From positions 3,198,859 to 3,262,858 of the forward strand of contig OX638294.1 in assembly GCA_951812325.1 (NCBI GenBank): DNA of 64,000 bases, in the 5' to 3' direction. A model generated the notes under the pieces. The model was not told the origin of the DNA, did no database searches, and saw only the letters and a program-made list of their open reading frames with translations. This DNA comes from an uncultured Thermoanaerobaculia bacterium. Its GTDB lineage: Bacteria > Acidobacteriota > Thermoanaerobaculia > Multivoradales > Multivoraceae. Below, one piece after another: positions 28,864 to 38,944 of the stretch. The position numbers were made by a program, and so were the translations under genes. Numbering within the stretch: the first letter of the stretch is position 1; each line of letters opens with the position of its first letter.

Positions 28864-30780
28864 TTGACCGGTAAGGGCGCCTCGCCCCGGCTCCGAGCGG
28901 CAGGGCGCCTCCTGCATCGGGTCGAAGACGGCCTTTCGAGCGTCCTTTTGGCCGCCATGGTGCTGCTGCCCTTGGCGGAGATCGTCGTGCGTCAGACCGG
29001 CGCCGGGATTCCCGGCGCGCTTCCCTTCGAACAGCATCTGACCCTGTGGATCGCTTTCCTGGGCGCGGCCCTGGCAGCGCGCGAGGGACGCCTGCTGGCC
29101 TTGGCCACCGGGAACTTCCTGCCCGAAGGCCGGTTCCGGGCGATCGCCGCGGTCTTCACCGGCGGCGTCAGCGCGATGGTGACGACGTTGCTCGGCAGGG
29201 CCAGCTTGGACCTGGTGCAGATCGAGCGCGAGGGCGGTATCGAGATGGCGGCCGGCGTACCCGTCTGGGTGGGCCAGGCTGTCATGCCGTTGGGCTTTGC
29301 GCTCCTGGCCCTGCGACTGGCCTGGAAGTCGTCGGAACTCTGGGCCGGGCGCGCCCTGGCCGCGTTTGGCATCGTGCTGGGGCTGTGGATCGGCGGCAAC
29401 GCCGAGGCGTTCGGCGAGCTTCCGGCGACACCCTGGCTGGTCCTGATCCTGGCTTCGACCCTGCTCGGCGGGCCGATCTTCGCCGCCCTCGGCGGCGCCG
29501 GGGTGTTTCTGTTCCTGTCCGACTTCGTGCCGCTCGCTGCGATTCCGGCCGAGAGCTACCGGCTCGCCGTGTCGCCCACCCTGGCGGCGATCCCGCTGTT
29601 CACGCTGACTGGCTTCCTGCTCGCCGAGGGCGGGGCGTCGGAGAGGCTGCTCAGGGTGTTCCGCGCCCTGTTCGGCTGGGCGCCGGGCAGCACCGCCGTC
29701 GTGTGCGCCGTCGTCTGCGCGTTCTTCACCGTCTTCACGGGCGGTTCCGGCGTCACGATTCTGGCGCTGGGCGGCGTGCTCTTCGCCGCCCTTTCGGCCG
29801 ATGGCTACCGTGAGCGCTTCTCGCTCGGTCTGCTTACGTCGTCGGGTTCGCTCGGCCTCCTGTTGCCGCCGGCCCTGCCGCTCATCCTCTTCGGCATCGT
29901 CGCGCAGGTGCCGATCGAGGATCTGTTCATTGGGGGGATCCTCCCCGGCCTGCTCCTGATCGCGCTGATTGCTGCGTGGGGCGTCAGGGAGGGGTTGCGC
30001 GCCGGCGCTGGCGGGACCTCGATCTCCGGGAAGGAAGAGGGGGGCGCCACCGGCCCGGGCGAATGGGAAGGGTTGCCGCCCGTCTTGAGGCGATTGCTGC
30101 CGCCCGGCGTCATCGAGATGGTGTGGGCAGTCTGGGGCGGCAAGTGGGAGCTGCTGCTGCCTGTCGTCGTCCTGGGCGCCTTCTTCAGCGGCTACGCGAC
30201 CCTGGTCGAAACGGCCGCGCTGGCGGCTCTCTACGCCTTCGTCGTCCAGTGCCTGATCCACCGGGACGTGAAGCTGGGCAAGCCCCTGCTGGCCGTCTTC
30301 CGGCAGTGCACCGTGCTGGTCGGTGGCGTGCTGATCATCCTGGTCGTGGCAATGGGACTCACGAGTTGGCTGGTCGATGTCCAGGCGGCCCAGAGTCTGG
30401 TTGAACTTGCCCAGGACAACATCGAGTCGAAGATCCTGTTCCTGTTGCTGCTGAACGTCTTTCTGCTCCTCGTCGGCTGCCTGATGGACATCTTCTCGGC
30501 CACGGTGGTCGTCGTCCCCCTGATCGTCCCGCTCGGTCTGGCCTTCGGCGTCGATCCGATCCACCTCGGGATCATCTTCGTCGCGAATCTGGAGCTCGGG
30601 TACCTGACGCCGCCGGTCGGCCTCAACCTGTTCCTCGCGTCCTATCGCTTCGAGCGGCCGCTGCTCGAGATCTACCGGGCCGCGGCGCCGGCACTCGTCA
30701 TACTCGGCGTCGGCGTGCTGCTGATCACCTACGTGCCGGTTCTGACCCTGGGCCTGCTTGAGCTGTTGGGGAAGCGGTAG
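28864..30780 (+). CDS. dctM: TRAP transporter fused small/large permease (DctQM)
   Basis: N-terminal DctQ-like TMs, LAAIPLFTLTGFLL, SGSLGLLLPP, GVDPIHLGIIF, LGYLTPPVGLNLF. Confidence 0.9.
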   Translation: MTGKGASPRLRAAGRLLHRVEDGLSSVLLAAMVLLPLAEIVVRQTGAGIPGALPFEQHLTLWIAFLGAALAAREGRLLALATGNFLPEGRFRAIAAVFTGGVSAMVTTLLGRASLDLVQIEREGGIEMAAGVPVWVGQAVMPLGFALLALRLAWKSSELWAGRALAAFGIVLGLWIGGNAEAFGELPATPWLVLILASTLLGGPIFAALGGAGVFLFLSDFVPLAAIPAESYRLAVSPTLAAIPLFTLTGFLLAEGGASERLLRVFRALFGWAPGSTAVVCAVVCAFFTVFTGGSGVTILALGGVLFAALSADGYRERFSLGLLTSSGSLGLLLPPALPLILFGIVAQVPIEDLFIGGILPGLLLIALIAAWGVREGLRAGAGGTSISGKEEGGATGPGEWEGLPPVLRRLLPPGVIEMVWAVWGGKWELLLPVVVLGAFFSGYATLVETAALAALYAFVVQCLIHRDVKLGKPLLAVFRQCTVLVGGVLIILVVAMGLTSWLVDVQAAQSLVELAQDNIESKILFLLLLNVFLLLVGCLMDIFSATVVVVPLIVPLGLAFGVDPIHLGIIFVANLELGYLTPPVGLNLFLASYRFERPLLEIYRAAAPALVILGVGVLLITYVPVLTLGLLELLGKR

Positions 30781-30932
30781 CCGGGAACGCCTCGACGGCT
30801 TGTGAAGGCTTGAACTGAGGCCATCGGCACTTCTGATGCCCGGCACGCGGGGTCGTGTATCGTCATGGATCCGGCTGGCGTTGTTCGCAGACCGCCGGAC
30901 ACTCGGCCTGCACACTGACGGAGACAACACTC

Positions 30933-31625
30933 GTGCGAATCGAGCCGGAGATCAGTGCCGTGAGCGTCGTGCTGCTTGGCTCTTTCAACCCGGCCATCTT
31001 CACTCCCGCCTGGTTCGGGCTGCAGGGCCTCCTGCCAAGGGCGGCAGTGGAGAGCGCCGAGCTGGGCGTTGCCCACGCAAGCGTTACGGAGTTCGCTGCC
31101 GAGTGGCTGAAGCTGGGCGTCCGGCCCGACAGGTTTGCGGCCGAGACGTCGCAGGCGCCATTGATCCGGGTCAGCGACCTGGTAGTGCGGACGTTTCGAG
31201 AGCTGCTGCCCCACACCCCCATCGAGGCGCTCGGGATCAATCGGGAAGTCCACTTCCGGGTACTGAGCGTGGCTGAGCGAGACCGGATCGGTCGGAAGCT
31301 GGCGCCCACCGAACCTTGGGGAGATTGGGGAAGGCTCATTGAACCTGACGGCGCTCACGGCGGGATGACGTCGCTCACGATGAGGCAGCAACGAGTGGAA
31401 GGCCGGCCTCCGGAAGATACGATCAACGTGACGGTGGAACCTTCGGTGCGCCTCGGGAGTACGGGCGTCTTTGTGCGTGTGAACGACCACTACACGGCTC
31501 ACGGGAACGGTCACGAGGGAGGCAGCGTCCTGATCGAGCGGCTGGAAGGAGAGTTCGAAGAGTCGAGGGAACGCAGCGAGAGCTTGATCGACCAGGTCAT
31601 GTCGCTCGCCGGAGGGCAGGACTGA
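30933..31625 (+). CDS. Hypothetical protein, gene 1 of three-gene cassette (resembles TIGR04255-like proteins)
   Basis: GGAG then GTG 30933; SVVLLGSFNPAIFTPAWF, LPHTPIEALGINREVHF, VRVNDHY; TGATG overlap with next gene; family call from recollection. Confidence 0.7.
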   Translation: MRIEPEISAVSVVLLGSFNPAIFTPAWFGLQGLLPRAAVESAELGVAHASVTEFAAEWLKLGVRPDRFAAETSQAPLIRVSDLVVRTFRELLPHTPIEALGINREVHFRVLSVAERDRIGRKLAPTEPWGDWGRLIEPDGAHGGMTSLTMRQQRVEGRPPEDTINVTVEPSVRLGSTGVFVRVNDHYTAHGNGHEGGSVLIERLEGEFEESRERSESLIDQVMSLAGGQD

Positions 31626-32209
31626 TGTCCCTTTCTGCTGTTGTCGAGCGTCGGAGCGGGACGTCGGACTCCGTTGGCGGAAACCAACCGACCGGGATGC
31701 GGGCCAGCATCGATCGCGAACCGATCTTGCGTCTTGTCGAGGGCTTTCCGTCGATCTTCTTTGCCGGGAGCACCGACTCCCAACAAGAGCGGCGTTCTGA
31801 GGGCTCGTCCTTCGGAGACCTCGGAAGCGTGGATTTTGCCAGGATTCCGGCACCCAGACCCGACCACGCTCGACCGCAGGCGACGCTTCACGCTCTTCAG
31901 GAGTGGGAGGGCTTCGTGGTCGGGATCGGATCCGAGACGTTCGAGGCGCGGCTCCTCGACGTGACCGCCGGAGACCGCTGCGACTCCGCGGAGGCGACGA
32001 TCCCGCTCCAGGAGATCGCTCATGGAGATCTCGAACGGATGGAGATCGGCAGTATCTTCAGGTGGGTGATCGGCCATGAGATCTCCTCAGCCGGGTCCAA
32101 GCGGCGGGTTTCGCAGATCGTCTTCCGGGACCTGCCGGCAGTGACGCGCGCCGCCGAGCGCGCCGGCAGCCGATGGGCTCGGAACGTCATGGACAAGTTC
32201 GGTCTGTGA
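31625..32209 (+). CDS. Hypothetical protein, gene 2 of three-gene cassette (beta-rich C-terminal domain)
   Basis: LQEWEGFVVGIGSETFEARLLD, GSIFRWVIGHE; coupled on both sides (TGATG, GTGA). Confidence 0.7.
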   Translation: MSLSAVVERRSGTSDSVGGNQPTGMRASIDREPILRLVEGFPSIFFAGSTDSQQERRSEGSSFGDLGSVDFARIPAPRPDHARPQATLHALQEWEGFVVGIGSETFEARLLDVTAGDRCDSAEATIPLQEIAHGDLERMEIGSIFRWVIGHEISSAGSKRRVSQIVFRDLPAVTRAAERAGSRWARNVMDKFGL

Positions 32210-33279
32210 GCTCGGGCTTCGGCCTTCCTCCGGCCCCCGAAGAGTTTGAACTCACTGTGATCGGGCCGGGGTACGGCGAGAGCGTCGTGGTTCATTTGGG
32301 CCGTGGCGCGTGGATGATCGTGGATTCCTGCGTCGATTCCGGAGGAGCGCCTCACCCGTTGCGCTACCTGGAGGACCTTGGCATCGAGCCGGCGGAGTCC
32401 GTTCGGTTCGTCGTTGCGACCCATTGGCACGACGACCACATCAGGGGCATGGCGCAAGTCGTCACTCGCTGCCTGAGAGCGCGTTTCTGCTGCTCGGGCG
32501 CTTTGGCAAGAAGGGAGTTCCTGGTTGCGGTGGGGAAGAGCGAAGAGCGGCCACGCTCGCGTGTTTCGTCAGGATTGAGGGAGTTGCACGGGGTGTTCAG
32601 TCAGCTCTCCGAGAAGCCGACATGGGCTCTCGCAGATCGCCTGGTTCACAGAAGTTCGGACTCGGAAGTCTGGGCGCTTTCGCCGGACGACCTGGTCTTC
32701 AAGCGCTTCCTCGACTCCCTGGCGGGGCTGCTGCCTGATCGTGGCGCCCCGAAGAGGCGCATTCCGGACCTGTCGCCCAACGAGGTGTCGGTCGTGCTCT
32801 GGGTCCGCAGTGCGGGGGGCGTTGCCCTGTTGGGGGCAGATCTCGAGCGAGCTGGCTGGCAGCGTACTCTGGGCCGGGGAACAAGGCCAGAGGGCTTGGC
32901 TTCGGCGTTCAAGGTGCCGCATCACGGTGCAGAGACTGCGCACGAACCGGGAGTGTGGAAGCAGATGCTGACGCCCTCGCCTGTGGCGGTCCTCACGCCT
33001 TGGACGAGGGGCGGTCGAAGGCTCCCCGGTAGAGCGGACCTAAGCCGAATCCTCAGTGAGACGCCTCACGCCTACGCGACGGCGCCTCCGGGCCGGGTGC
33101 GCAGGGGGAAGCAACAGAGGCAGGTCGCACGAACACTCCGGGAAACGGGCGCTGAGGTCCGACGGGATGGGCAGCGGTTCGGGGCGGTTCGCCTGCGCAA
33201 GAGTCTCGACGATGCGGGGGAGTGGAGCATCGAGACCTTGGGTACTGCAGTGAGGTTGGGCGCAGGACGGCCCGCCTGA
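32206..33279 (+). CDS. Metallo-beta-lactamase-fold hydrolase (ComEC/Rec2-like), gene 3 of cassette
   Basis: GYGES, IVDS, THWHDDHIRG (HxHxDH), NEVSVV, LGAD, KVPHHG; GTG 32206 overlaps the upstream TGA. Confidence 0.85.
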   Translation: MSSGFGLPPAPEEFELTVIGPGYGESVVVHLGRGAWMIVDSCVDSGGAPHPLRYLEDLGIEPAESVRFVVATHWHDDHIRGMAQVVTRCLRARFCCSGALARREFLVAVGKSEERPRSRVSSGLRELHGVFSQLSEKPTWALADRLVHRSSDSEVWALSPDDLVFKRFLDSLAGLLPDRGAPKRRIPDLSPNEVSVVLWVRSAGGVALLGADLERAGWQRTLGRGTRPEGLASAFKVPHHGAETAHEPGVWKQMLTPSPVAVLTPWTRGGRRLPGRADLSRILSETPHAYATAPPGRVRRGKQQRQVARTLRETGAEVRRDGQRFGAVRLRKSLDDAGEWSIETLGTAVRLGAGRPA

Positions 33280-33511
33280 CCTGACTCGCAGCGAGCCGCT
33301 CGACGGCTTCGGTGGACGGCCAGGCCAGGGCTCAGGCCAGGTGCCGGGTTCTCTCTCCTGTCCGACCAGTGCCGCATCCCCGGGCGGCGAAGTCGAGGCT
33401 TCGACCGCGTCCCGGCCATGGTGGGGCGGCATGGTCGCCGCCCCTGGGTTCAGGTCACCGGTCGCGAGGCCGCCGGACCAACGTGTCCGTGACGCGTAGG
33501 ATAGGCGCCAG

Positions 33512-34069
33512 ATGAACTTGCGGCGTCTGCAGAGCATCGCCGTCCTCTGGTCGGCGGTCTTCGTGGTCGCCGCCATCCTGACCCTGGTGGGTCTTCAGGT
33601 CGTGCCGCGGGGCGTGCCGGGTCTGGTCGGGGCGTTGCATGCCCTCGTCGCGGCGGTCGGCTTCTTCTGCGGCGTCGCGGCGACCCGGCGCCGGGCGGAG
33701 ATCGAGGCTGAGCGTTGGAAGCGCGTGGAGGACGTGGACCTCACGTCGAGCGAGCGGGAGCATGCGCACCGGGAGGCGGAATCGGAACTGAAGCGAGCGA
33801 GCGCGCAGTTCCTGCTCGTCGGCGTGACGCTCGGCGGCTGGCTCGCCTACCAGTTGCGCGCCGAACGCCCGCAGGCGGGCGCCGCGGTCGCGGAGCTTCT
33901 CGGCGGCGAGGCGCCCCCCGTCGAGACCGCGGCAGAGGCCCTCGCTTCGGCGCCCGTGTACAGCCTGAGTGCCTCCGATCTGCTCATTGCGACGCCGCTG
34001 ATCGCCTTCGGTCTCGGCATGCTGTGGGCGCGCCGGGGCGCCGCCCGGTCAGCGCCCCGTGAGGGCTGA
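33512..34069 (+). CDS. Hypothetical membrane protein
   Basis: About four hydrophobic segments, host-like codon usage, TAGGAT 9 nt upstream. Confidence 0.65.
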   Translation: MNLRRLQSIAVLWSAVFVVAAILTLVGLQVVPRGVPGLVGALHALVAAVGFFCGVAATRRRAEIEAERWKRVEDVDLTSSEREHAHREAESELKRASAQFLLVGVTLGGWLAYQLRAERPQAGAAVAELLGGEAPPVETAAEALASAPVYSLSASDLLIATPLIAFGLGMLWARRGAARSAPREG

Positions 34070-34087
34070 GCGGGACTGCCGCCAACG

Positions 34088-34384
34088 CTAACGCAGCCGC
34101 GCCACGGTGGCGCCCCATCCGCCGCCGCCGGGGCCGCCGCTCCTGAACGACACGACCCGCGGGTCGCGCTCGAGCACCTTGCGCACGATCTGGCGCTGGA
34201 CGCCGATCCCCCGACCGTGGATGATCCGGACCTCGCGGAACCCCCTCTCGTACGCGGCGTCGAGATAGCTCTCGACGACATCCTTCACCTCCCGGGGCTG
34301 GAAGGGATGGAGGTCGATCTCATCGCCGATGGGCACCTCGACGATTTCGTCCATGTCCGGCGCGAAGTCGTCTTCGGGGGCCAT
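34088..34384 (-). CDS. Stand-alone Smr/MutS2 domain protein
   Basis: IDLHPF, VRIIHGRGIGVQR, GGWGATVARL. Confidence 0.9.
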   Translation of the reverse strand: MAPEDDFAPDMDEIVEVPIGDEIDLHPFQPREVKDVVESYLDAAYERGFREVRIIHGRGIGVQRQIVRKVLERDPRVVSFRSGGPGGGGWGATVARLR

Positions 34385-34386
34385 GG

Positions 34387-37326
34387 CTAGAACAGCTTGA
34401 GGACGGCGATGAAGGCGCTCCAGCCGTCGTCGGGCCCGGCGAGCGCGGTGCCGACATCCATGTTGACCAATGTGCCCCACGGGCCGATGAAGGTGCCGAC
34501 GATGCCGACGCCGGCGAGCAATTCGTTGTCCAGGCCGGAGGCCGTGTCCGTTGCCCAGGCGGCGTCGCCGACCAGGTCGATGCGGAAGAGCTGACCGAGT
34601 TCGAAGCCGTACGTGATGTGGGCGGCCGCCGCGCTCTCGGCGCGCACCTTGTCGCTCTGGTAGCCGTGGACGGTGATGTCGGAGAAGAACCCGAACCCGT
34701 ACTTGCTGAAACGGTCCAGGTCGGCGCCGTCCACGTACTCGAAGGACAGACCGATCTTCTGGAACTTCGGCAGGTGCCAGGTCTTCGCGACGCCCACGTT
34801 CCAGAGCGTGTAGGTGTCCGGGGTCACGTTGGCGCCGCCCAGGCCCCAGGGTTCCCAGTCGCCTCGCCGGTTCCAGGCGCCGCCGAGTGCCAGCCGGTAG
34901 CCGGAACGCGTGTAGCGGAGGGTGGCGCCCAGGCTGTGGCTCAGGTGATCCGCGGGCAGGACGAAATCCTCGCCGGTCTCGTCGGCCCGCTGGAAGTTGT
35001 TCCAGGACAGCTCGTAGCGGAAATCGAGCTTGGTGTAGCTGCCGAGCGGCCGACCGAGGCTGAAGTCCATGTTCGGGCGCAGCCGTTCCACGTTCTCCCG
35101 CGGCGCCTCCCGGCCGTCGCGGTAGAGGGTGTCCTGGCCGGCGAAGGCGAGCGCGAAGACGTCGACGCCAGCATCCCAGCGGGAGCCGAACAGGCTCGGG
35201 TTCGCGACGTCGGCGAGGATCAGCGGACCGGCAATGAACAGGTCGGCCTGCATTCCCGTGCCCCGCCAGTCGAAGGCGAGCCAGTTCACGCCGCCCAGCG
35301 GCAGGGGGCCGTCCTGGGCTTCGTCGTAGAAGGCGCCGCCGAGGATGAACATCCGGGTCTTGTCGTCCTCCTTGACCGCCCGTTCGCCGGTCGCGCTGTC
35401 GACGGCCAGGTAGCGAAGCCCCACTTCCGTGTCGCGCACCATCGTCGCCTCGGAGGCCAGGACCGCCTGCCGGCGGGTTTCGAAGTCGCCGGGATTGATC
35501 CGGATGTCGGTGAGTTCGGTCAACCCCTCGACGACCGTCGTCGCGTTCAGCAGTGAGAACAGCCGCTGGCTGACGACGCGGGCCGGGAGCCAGTACGAGG
35601 ACCGCTCCCACGCCGCCGGCTCGCCCTTCTCGTCAACCGGGGTGTAGAACGTCGTTTCGTCGTTCGAGAGGACTTCGCCGGTCAGACCGAGCTGGACCGC
35701 GCGGGTCTTCACCCGGGCGTAGAGCTCGCGGTCCACCCACACCGTGCCGCGGAACAGGCTGCGGCCCTCGGCCAGCGCCGCCGCCGGCTCGAAGTCCACG
35801 ACCCAGGTGTCCCGGCCCTCGACGGTCGCGGTGCCGCGCAGCCGGTAGCGGTACTCCCTGGTGAAGGTGATCGCGGCAGGCATCGCGGCCGCCTTTTCCG
35901 GCTGAATCAGGGGGATCTCGGGGATCTTCTTGCGCCGCCAGCGAATGCCGTTGACAAAGAAGTTGTGCCAGGCCCAGTCGAAACCCGCTTCCTGGCGGAA
36001 GAAGAAGGGGCCCTGGAAGGTCACGTCGACCGTCTGGATGCCGGTGCCGAGCTGGAAGCGCAGCGAGGTCGTGTTCGTCGCGCTGTAGTTCGCGATCCGC
36101 CTCGACTGATCGTCCTCGAAGGCCTGCAGCCGCCTCAGAATTTCGCCGACCGGCACCTGGCGCGTGTCGGCGACCGACAACGTCTCCTCGATGCTCCCCG
36201 TCCCGTCCAGCTTGACCGCCAGATCGCGCTCGAGCCGGAAGACGAAGGGACCTTCCGTTGCGGCCAGTTCGAGTTGATAGCCGCTCCGGGTACGCCGGCC
36301 GCCGAACAGCAGGTCGGTCTCGCCGGTCGCGAGGTCGAAGCGGGCGGCCGAGCCGAGCTGCCGGTCGCTGAAGCGGAGCGTGACCGGCGCGCCCGCCGCT
36401 GGCGACACGACGATCCTCAGACTCAGGTCCTCGCCGTGGACGAAGCTCCAGGCCGTAGCACCCGAGGGCGTCGAGTAGGGATCGAAGGCGACATCCCCCG
36501 AGAACTCCTGAGCGATCAGGCGGGCGGCTTGAACGGCCGCCCGGTCGGCGTCCCCGTCGCCGGCGAGGGTGAACAGGGACAGGGTGGCGCCGGCCTCCGC
36601 CTCGGCCGCGGCGCGCACGAGCAGGTCGCCGCCGGCGTCCGCGGCCGCGGTCGGCTCGCGCTCGACCGCCATCAGGGCGTCCGGATCCAGGTCGCGGAGC
36701 AATCGCCTGATTGCGGCCAGGTCGACCTCGCCGGCCGCTGCGTCGACGCTGAACGAGACGCCGTCCAGATAGGCGTCGAGTTCCTGCCCGTAGAGGCTGC
36801 GAATCAAACCGTCATCGGCGGGAAACGACTGGGAGACGACGAGGGCATCGGGCTGTGCGCCGGAGACCGCCACCGCGGCACGCTTCAGGGCGAGGGCGTA
36901 CTCCTGGACTTGTACGGGTTCGTCCTGAAGCGCCACCGGCCAGACGAGCTGGAAGAAGGCGCCGGGCGACGCGGTCCGCGCGAGGTCGGCGAGCCGCTCC
37001 AGTTCCGTCGCCAGTTCGTCGCCGCGGTCGGCCGCCGGCGGGCGCTCGGCGAAGCGAACCGCGTACCACGGCACGGCGCCGCTGTCGCGCAACCGCGTCG
37101 CCGCCTCGGCCGCCGCGTCAATCCCGGCCTCATCCGCGAGATCGATCGGCCACTTGACCACCAGGAGCGCCTCCTCCGGCGCCTCCGGCAGCGTTCCCAG
37201 AACCTCCGCGACTCTCTCGGGGTCGTCAGTCGCCAGACCCACGCAGGGGTTGCACGGCAACTGCCCGGCCACTGGCAGGGCTCCAGCGAGCAGGAGAGCT
37301 ATCGCAGGAAGAGCTTGTTTCGTCAT
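34387..37326 (-). CDS. Large secreted / outer-membrane hypothetical protein
   Basis: Signal peptide, LolA/RseB-like middle (TWVVDFEP, GTVWVDRE), amphipathic beta-strands ending in ...VLKLF. Confidence 0.75.
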   Translation of the reverse strand: MTKQALPAIALLLAGALPVAGQLPCNPCVGLATDDPERVAEVLGTLPEAPEEALLVVKWPIDLADEAGIDAAAEAATRLRDSGAVPWYAVRFAERPPAADRGDELATELERLADLARTASPGAFFQLVWPVALQDEPVQVQEYALALKRAAVAVSGAQPDALVVSQSFPADDGLIRSLYGQELDAYLDGVSFSVDAAAGEVDLAAIRRLLRDLDPDALMAVEREPTAAADAGGDLLVRAAAEAEAGATLSLFTLAGDGDADRAAVQAARLIAQEFSGDVAFDPYSTPSGATAWSFVHGEDLSLRIVVSPAAGAPVTLRFSDRQLGSAARFDLATGETDLLFGGRRTRSGYQLELAATEGPFVFRLERDLAVKLDGTGSIEETLSVADTRQVPVGEILRRLQAFEDDQSRRIANYSATNTTSLRFQLGTGIQTVDVTFQGPFFFRQEAGFDWAWHNFFVNGIRWRRKKIPEIPLIQPEKAAAMPAAITFTREYRYRLRGTATVEGRDTWVVDFEPAAALAEGRSLFRGTVWVDRELYARVKTRAVQLGLTGEVLSNDETTFYTPVDEKGEPAAWERSSYWLPARVVSQRLFSLLNATTVVEGLTELTDIRINPGDFETRRQAVLASEATMVRDTEVGLRYLAVDSATGERAVKEDDKTRMFILGGAFYDEAQDGPLPLGGVNWLAFDWRGTGMQADLFIAGPLILADVANPSLFGSRWDAGVDVFALAFAGQDTLYRDGREAPRENVERLRPNMDFSLGRPLGSYTKLDFRYELSWNNFQRADETGEDFVLPADHLSHSLGATLRYTRSGYRLALGGAWNRRGDWEPWGLGGANVTPDTYTLWNVGVAKTWHLPKFQKIGLSFEYVDGADLDRFSKYGFGFFSDITVHGYQSDKVRAESAAAAHITYGFELGQLFRIDLVGDAAWATDTASGLDNELLAGVGIVGTFIGPWGTLVNMDVGTALAGPDDGWSAFIAVLKLF

Positions 37327-37466
37327 TTGCTTCTCTCAGTTCCGGACCAAGTGTCGAACCCTAGCCCGGATAACACGGAAAGGCGGACCGGATTCCCGAT
37401 ACCGGTTGCGCCGGCCTTCCGGCCGGCGCGTGTTCCTGGCCGCCTCCGGCGGCAGCCGGCCGCAAA

Positions 37467-37521
37467 GCCGGCGCACCTGTACCTTTGCTGGGTGGGTTCT
37501 GGTCCCTGTGCGAGGCCGTCC
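37467..37521. repeat. Dispersed 55-bp intergenic repeat, copy 2
   Basis: 51/55 identical to 18938-18992. Confidence 0.85.
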
Positions 37522-37608
37522 CAGTGGGGCGTCGCCCACAACGGGTCGCGCGCCCAGGGACAGGTCGGCGCCCGGCCTGACCCCAAGACGGGCGGGTGCG
37601 TCGTCCGC

Positions 37609-37644
37609 AGCCGCCGTCGCCGTCGCCGTCGGGCGACGGCGGCT
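37609..37644 (-). terminator. Hairpin at the recA 3' end
   Basis: 13-bp stem agccgccgtcgcc/ggcgacggcggct overlapping the stop; no U-tract. Confidence 0.4.
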
Positions 37645-38719
37645 AGCTGGCAGCCGCCGCCCGGTCGCCGGACTCGGCGGCGACGATCGGCGGCAGTCCC
37701 ATCTCGGTGCGCAGGTGGGCTTCGATCTCGTCGGCGAGGTCGGCGTTGTCACGGAGGAACTGCTTCGCGTTCTCGCGGCCCTGGCCGAGCCGGACGTCGC
37801 CGGCCGAGAACCAGGCGCCGCTCTTCGTGACGCGCTTGTGCTGGACGCCCAGGTCGATCAGTTCGCCGACCCGGGAGATGCCCTCGCCGTAGTCGATGTC
37901 GAACTCGGCGAGCCGGAACGGCGGCGCGACCTTGTTCTTGACCACCTTGATCCGCACCCGCGAGCCAACCACCTGGTCGCCGTCCTTCAGGGCGCCGATG
38001 CGCCGGATGTCGATGCGGACGGAAGAGTAGAACTTGAGCGCCCGGCCGCCCGTCGTCGTCTCGGGCGAGCCGAACATGACGCCGATCTTCTCGCGGATCT
38101 GGTTGATGAACACGACGGTCGTCCGTGACCTGGAGATGATGGCGGTCAACTTCCGGAGCGCCTGGGACATGAGGCGGGCCTGGAGGCCGACGTGGGAGTC
38201 GCCCATCTCGCCTTCCAGTTCGGCCCGCGGCACGAGGGCGGCAACCGAGTCGATCACCACGATGTCGAGCGCGTTCGAGCGCACCAGCATCTCGGCGATC
38301 TCCAGAGCCTGTTCGCCGCTGTCCGGCTGCGAGACCAGGAGGTCGTCGATGTTCACGCCGATCTTCTCGGCGTACTCGGCATCCAGCGCGTGCTCCGCGT
38401 CGATGAAGGCCGCCGCGCCGCCGGTGCGCTGCGCCTGTCCGACGACCGACAGGGCGAGGGTCGTCTTGCCGCTCGATTCCGGACCGTACACTTCGACGAC
38501 GCGGCCGCGCGGGAAGCCGCCGGTGCCGATGGCGTGGTCGACGGCCAGCGATCCGGTCGAGATCGATTCGACGCCGAGGTTCTCCTGTTCGCCGAGGCGC
38601 ATGATCGCGCCTTTTCCGAACTGGCGTTCGATCTGGGTGAGTGCGCCTGCGATGCCTTCCTTGCGGGCGTCCTTGCGGGCGCCTCGCTGCGTGCGTGCCT
38701 TTGCGCGGGTCGGGGTCAT
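37643..38719 (-). CDS. recA: Recombinase RecA
   Basis: [67 protein letters not shown]. Confidence 0.98.
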   Translation of the reverse strand: MTPTRAKARTQRGARKDARKEGIAGALTQIERQFGKGAIMRLGEQENLGVESISTGSLAVDHAIGTGGFPRGRVVEVYGPESSGKTTLALSVVGQAQRTGGAAAFIDAEHALDAEYAEKIGVNIDDLLVSQPDSGEQALEIAEMLVRSNALDIVVIDSVAALVPRAELEGEMGDSHVGLQARLMSQALRKLTAIISRSRTTVVFINQIREKIGVMFGSPETTTGGRALKFYSSVRIDIRRIGALKDGDQVVGSRVRIKVVKNKVAPPFRLAEFDIDYGEGISRVGELIDLGVQHKRVTKSGAWFSAGDVRLGQGRENAKQFLRDNADLADEIEAHLRTEMGLPPIVAAESGDRAAAAS

Positions 38720-38944
38720 GAGTTCGGTTTCCTCTCTTCTTTGCTGTGGCGCGTTGGCGATGTCCGGCCGGGTTCGGGTGGTCCGCGCCGTCGGGGGGAG
38801 ACTGGATCGGTTCCGGCGGCGATGCCGCAGGACGTGCGTGGCTATACTTCCTCGCGACCGATGCGGCGCTCCCCTCGATCGTCGGACGGTGGGACAGAAG
38901 GGACCTGGCCGCTGCGGACGCTCGGCGACGTGGCGCAGGACAAC

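Noticed and set aside
26878-30930. 1350-aa minus-strand ORF (likewise 54203-57079 +, 15770-18025 +, 49692-52487 -, 82-1050 +)
   Set aside because: Antisense shadows of well-supported genes, expected at this GC content; no recognisable domains
32206-33279. Antibiotic-resistance beta-lactamase or competence ComEC
   Set aside because: No signal peptide or membrane competence domain; motif pattern is that of cytoplasmic ComEC-like MBL hydrolases
38720-38944. LexA box upstream of recA
   Set aside because: Only GTCC-N6-GTTC was found; wrong spacing for GTTC-N7-GTTC and no other known SOS box matched
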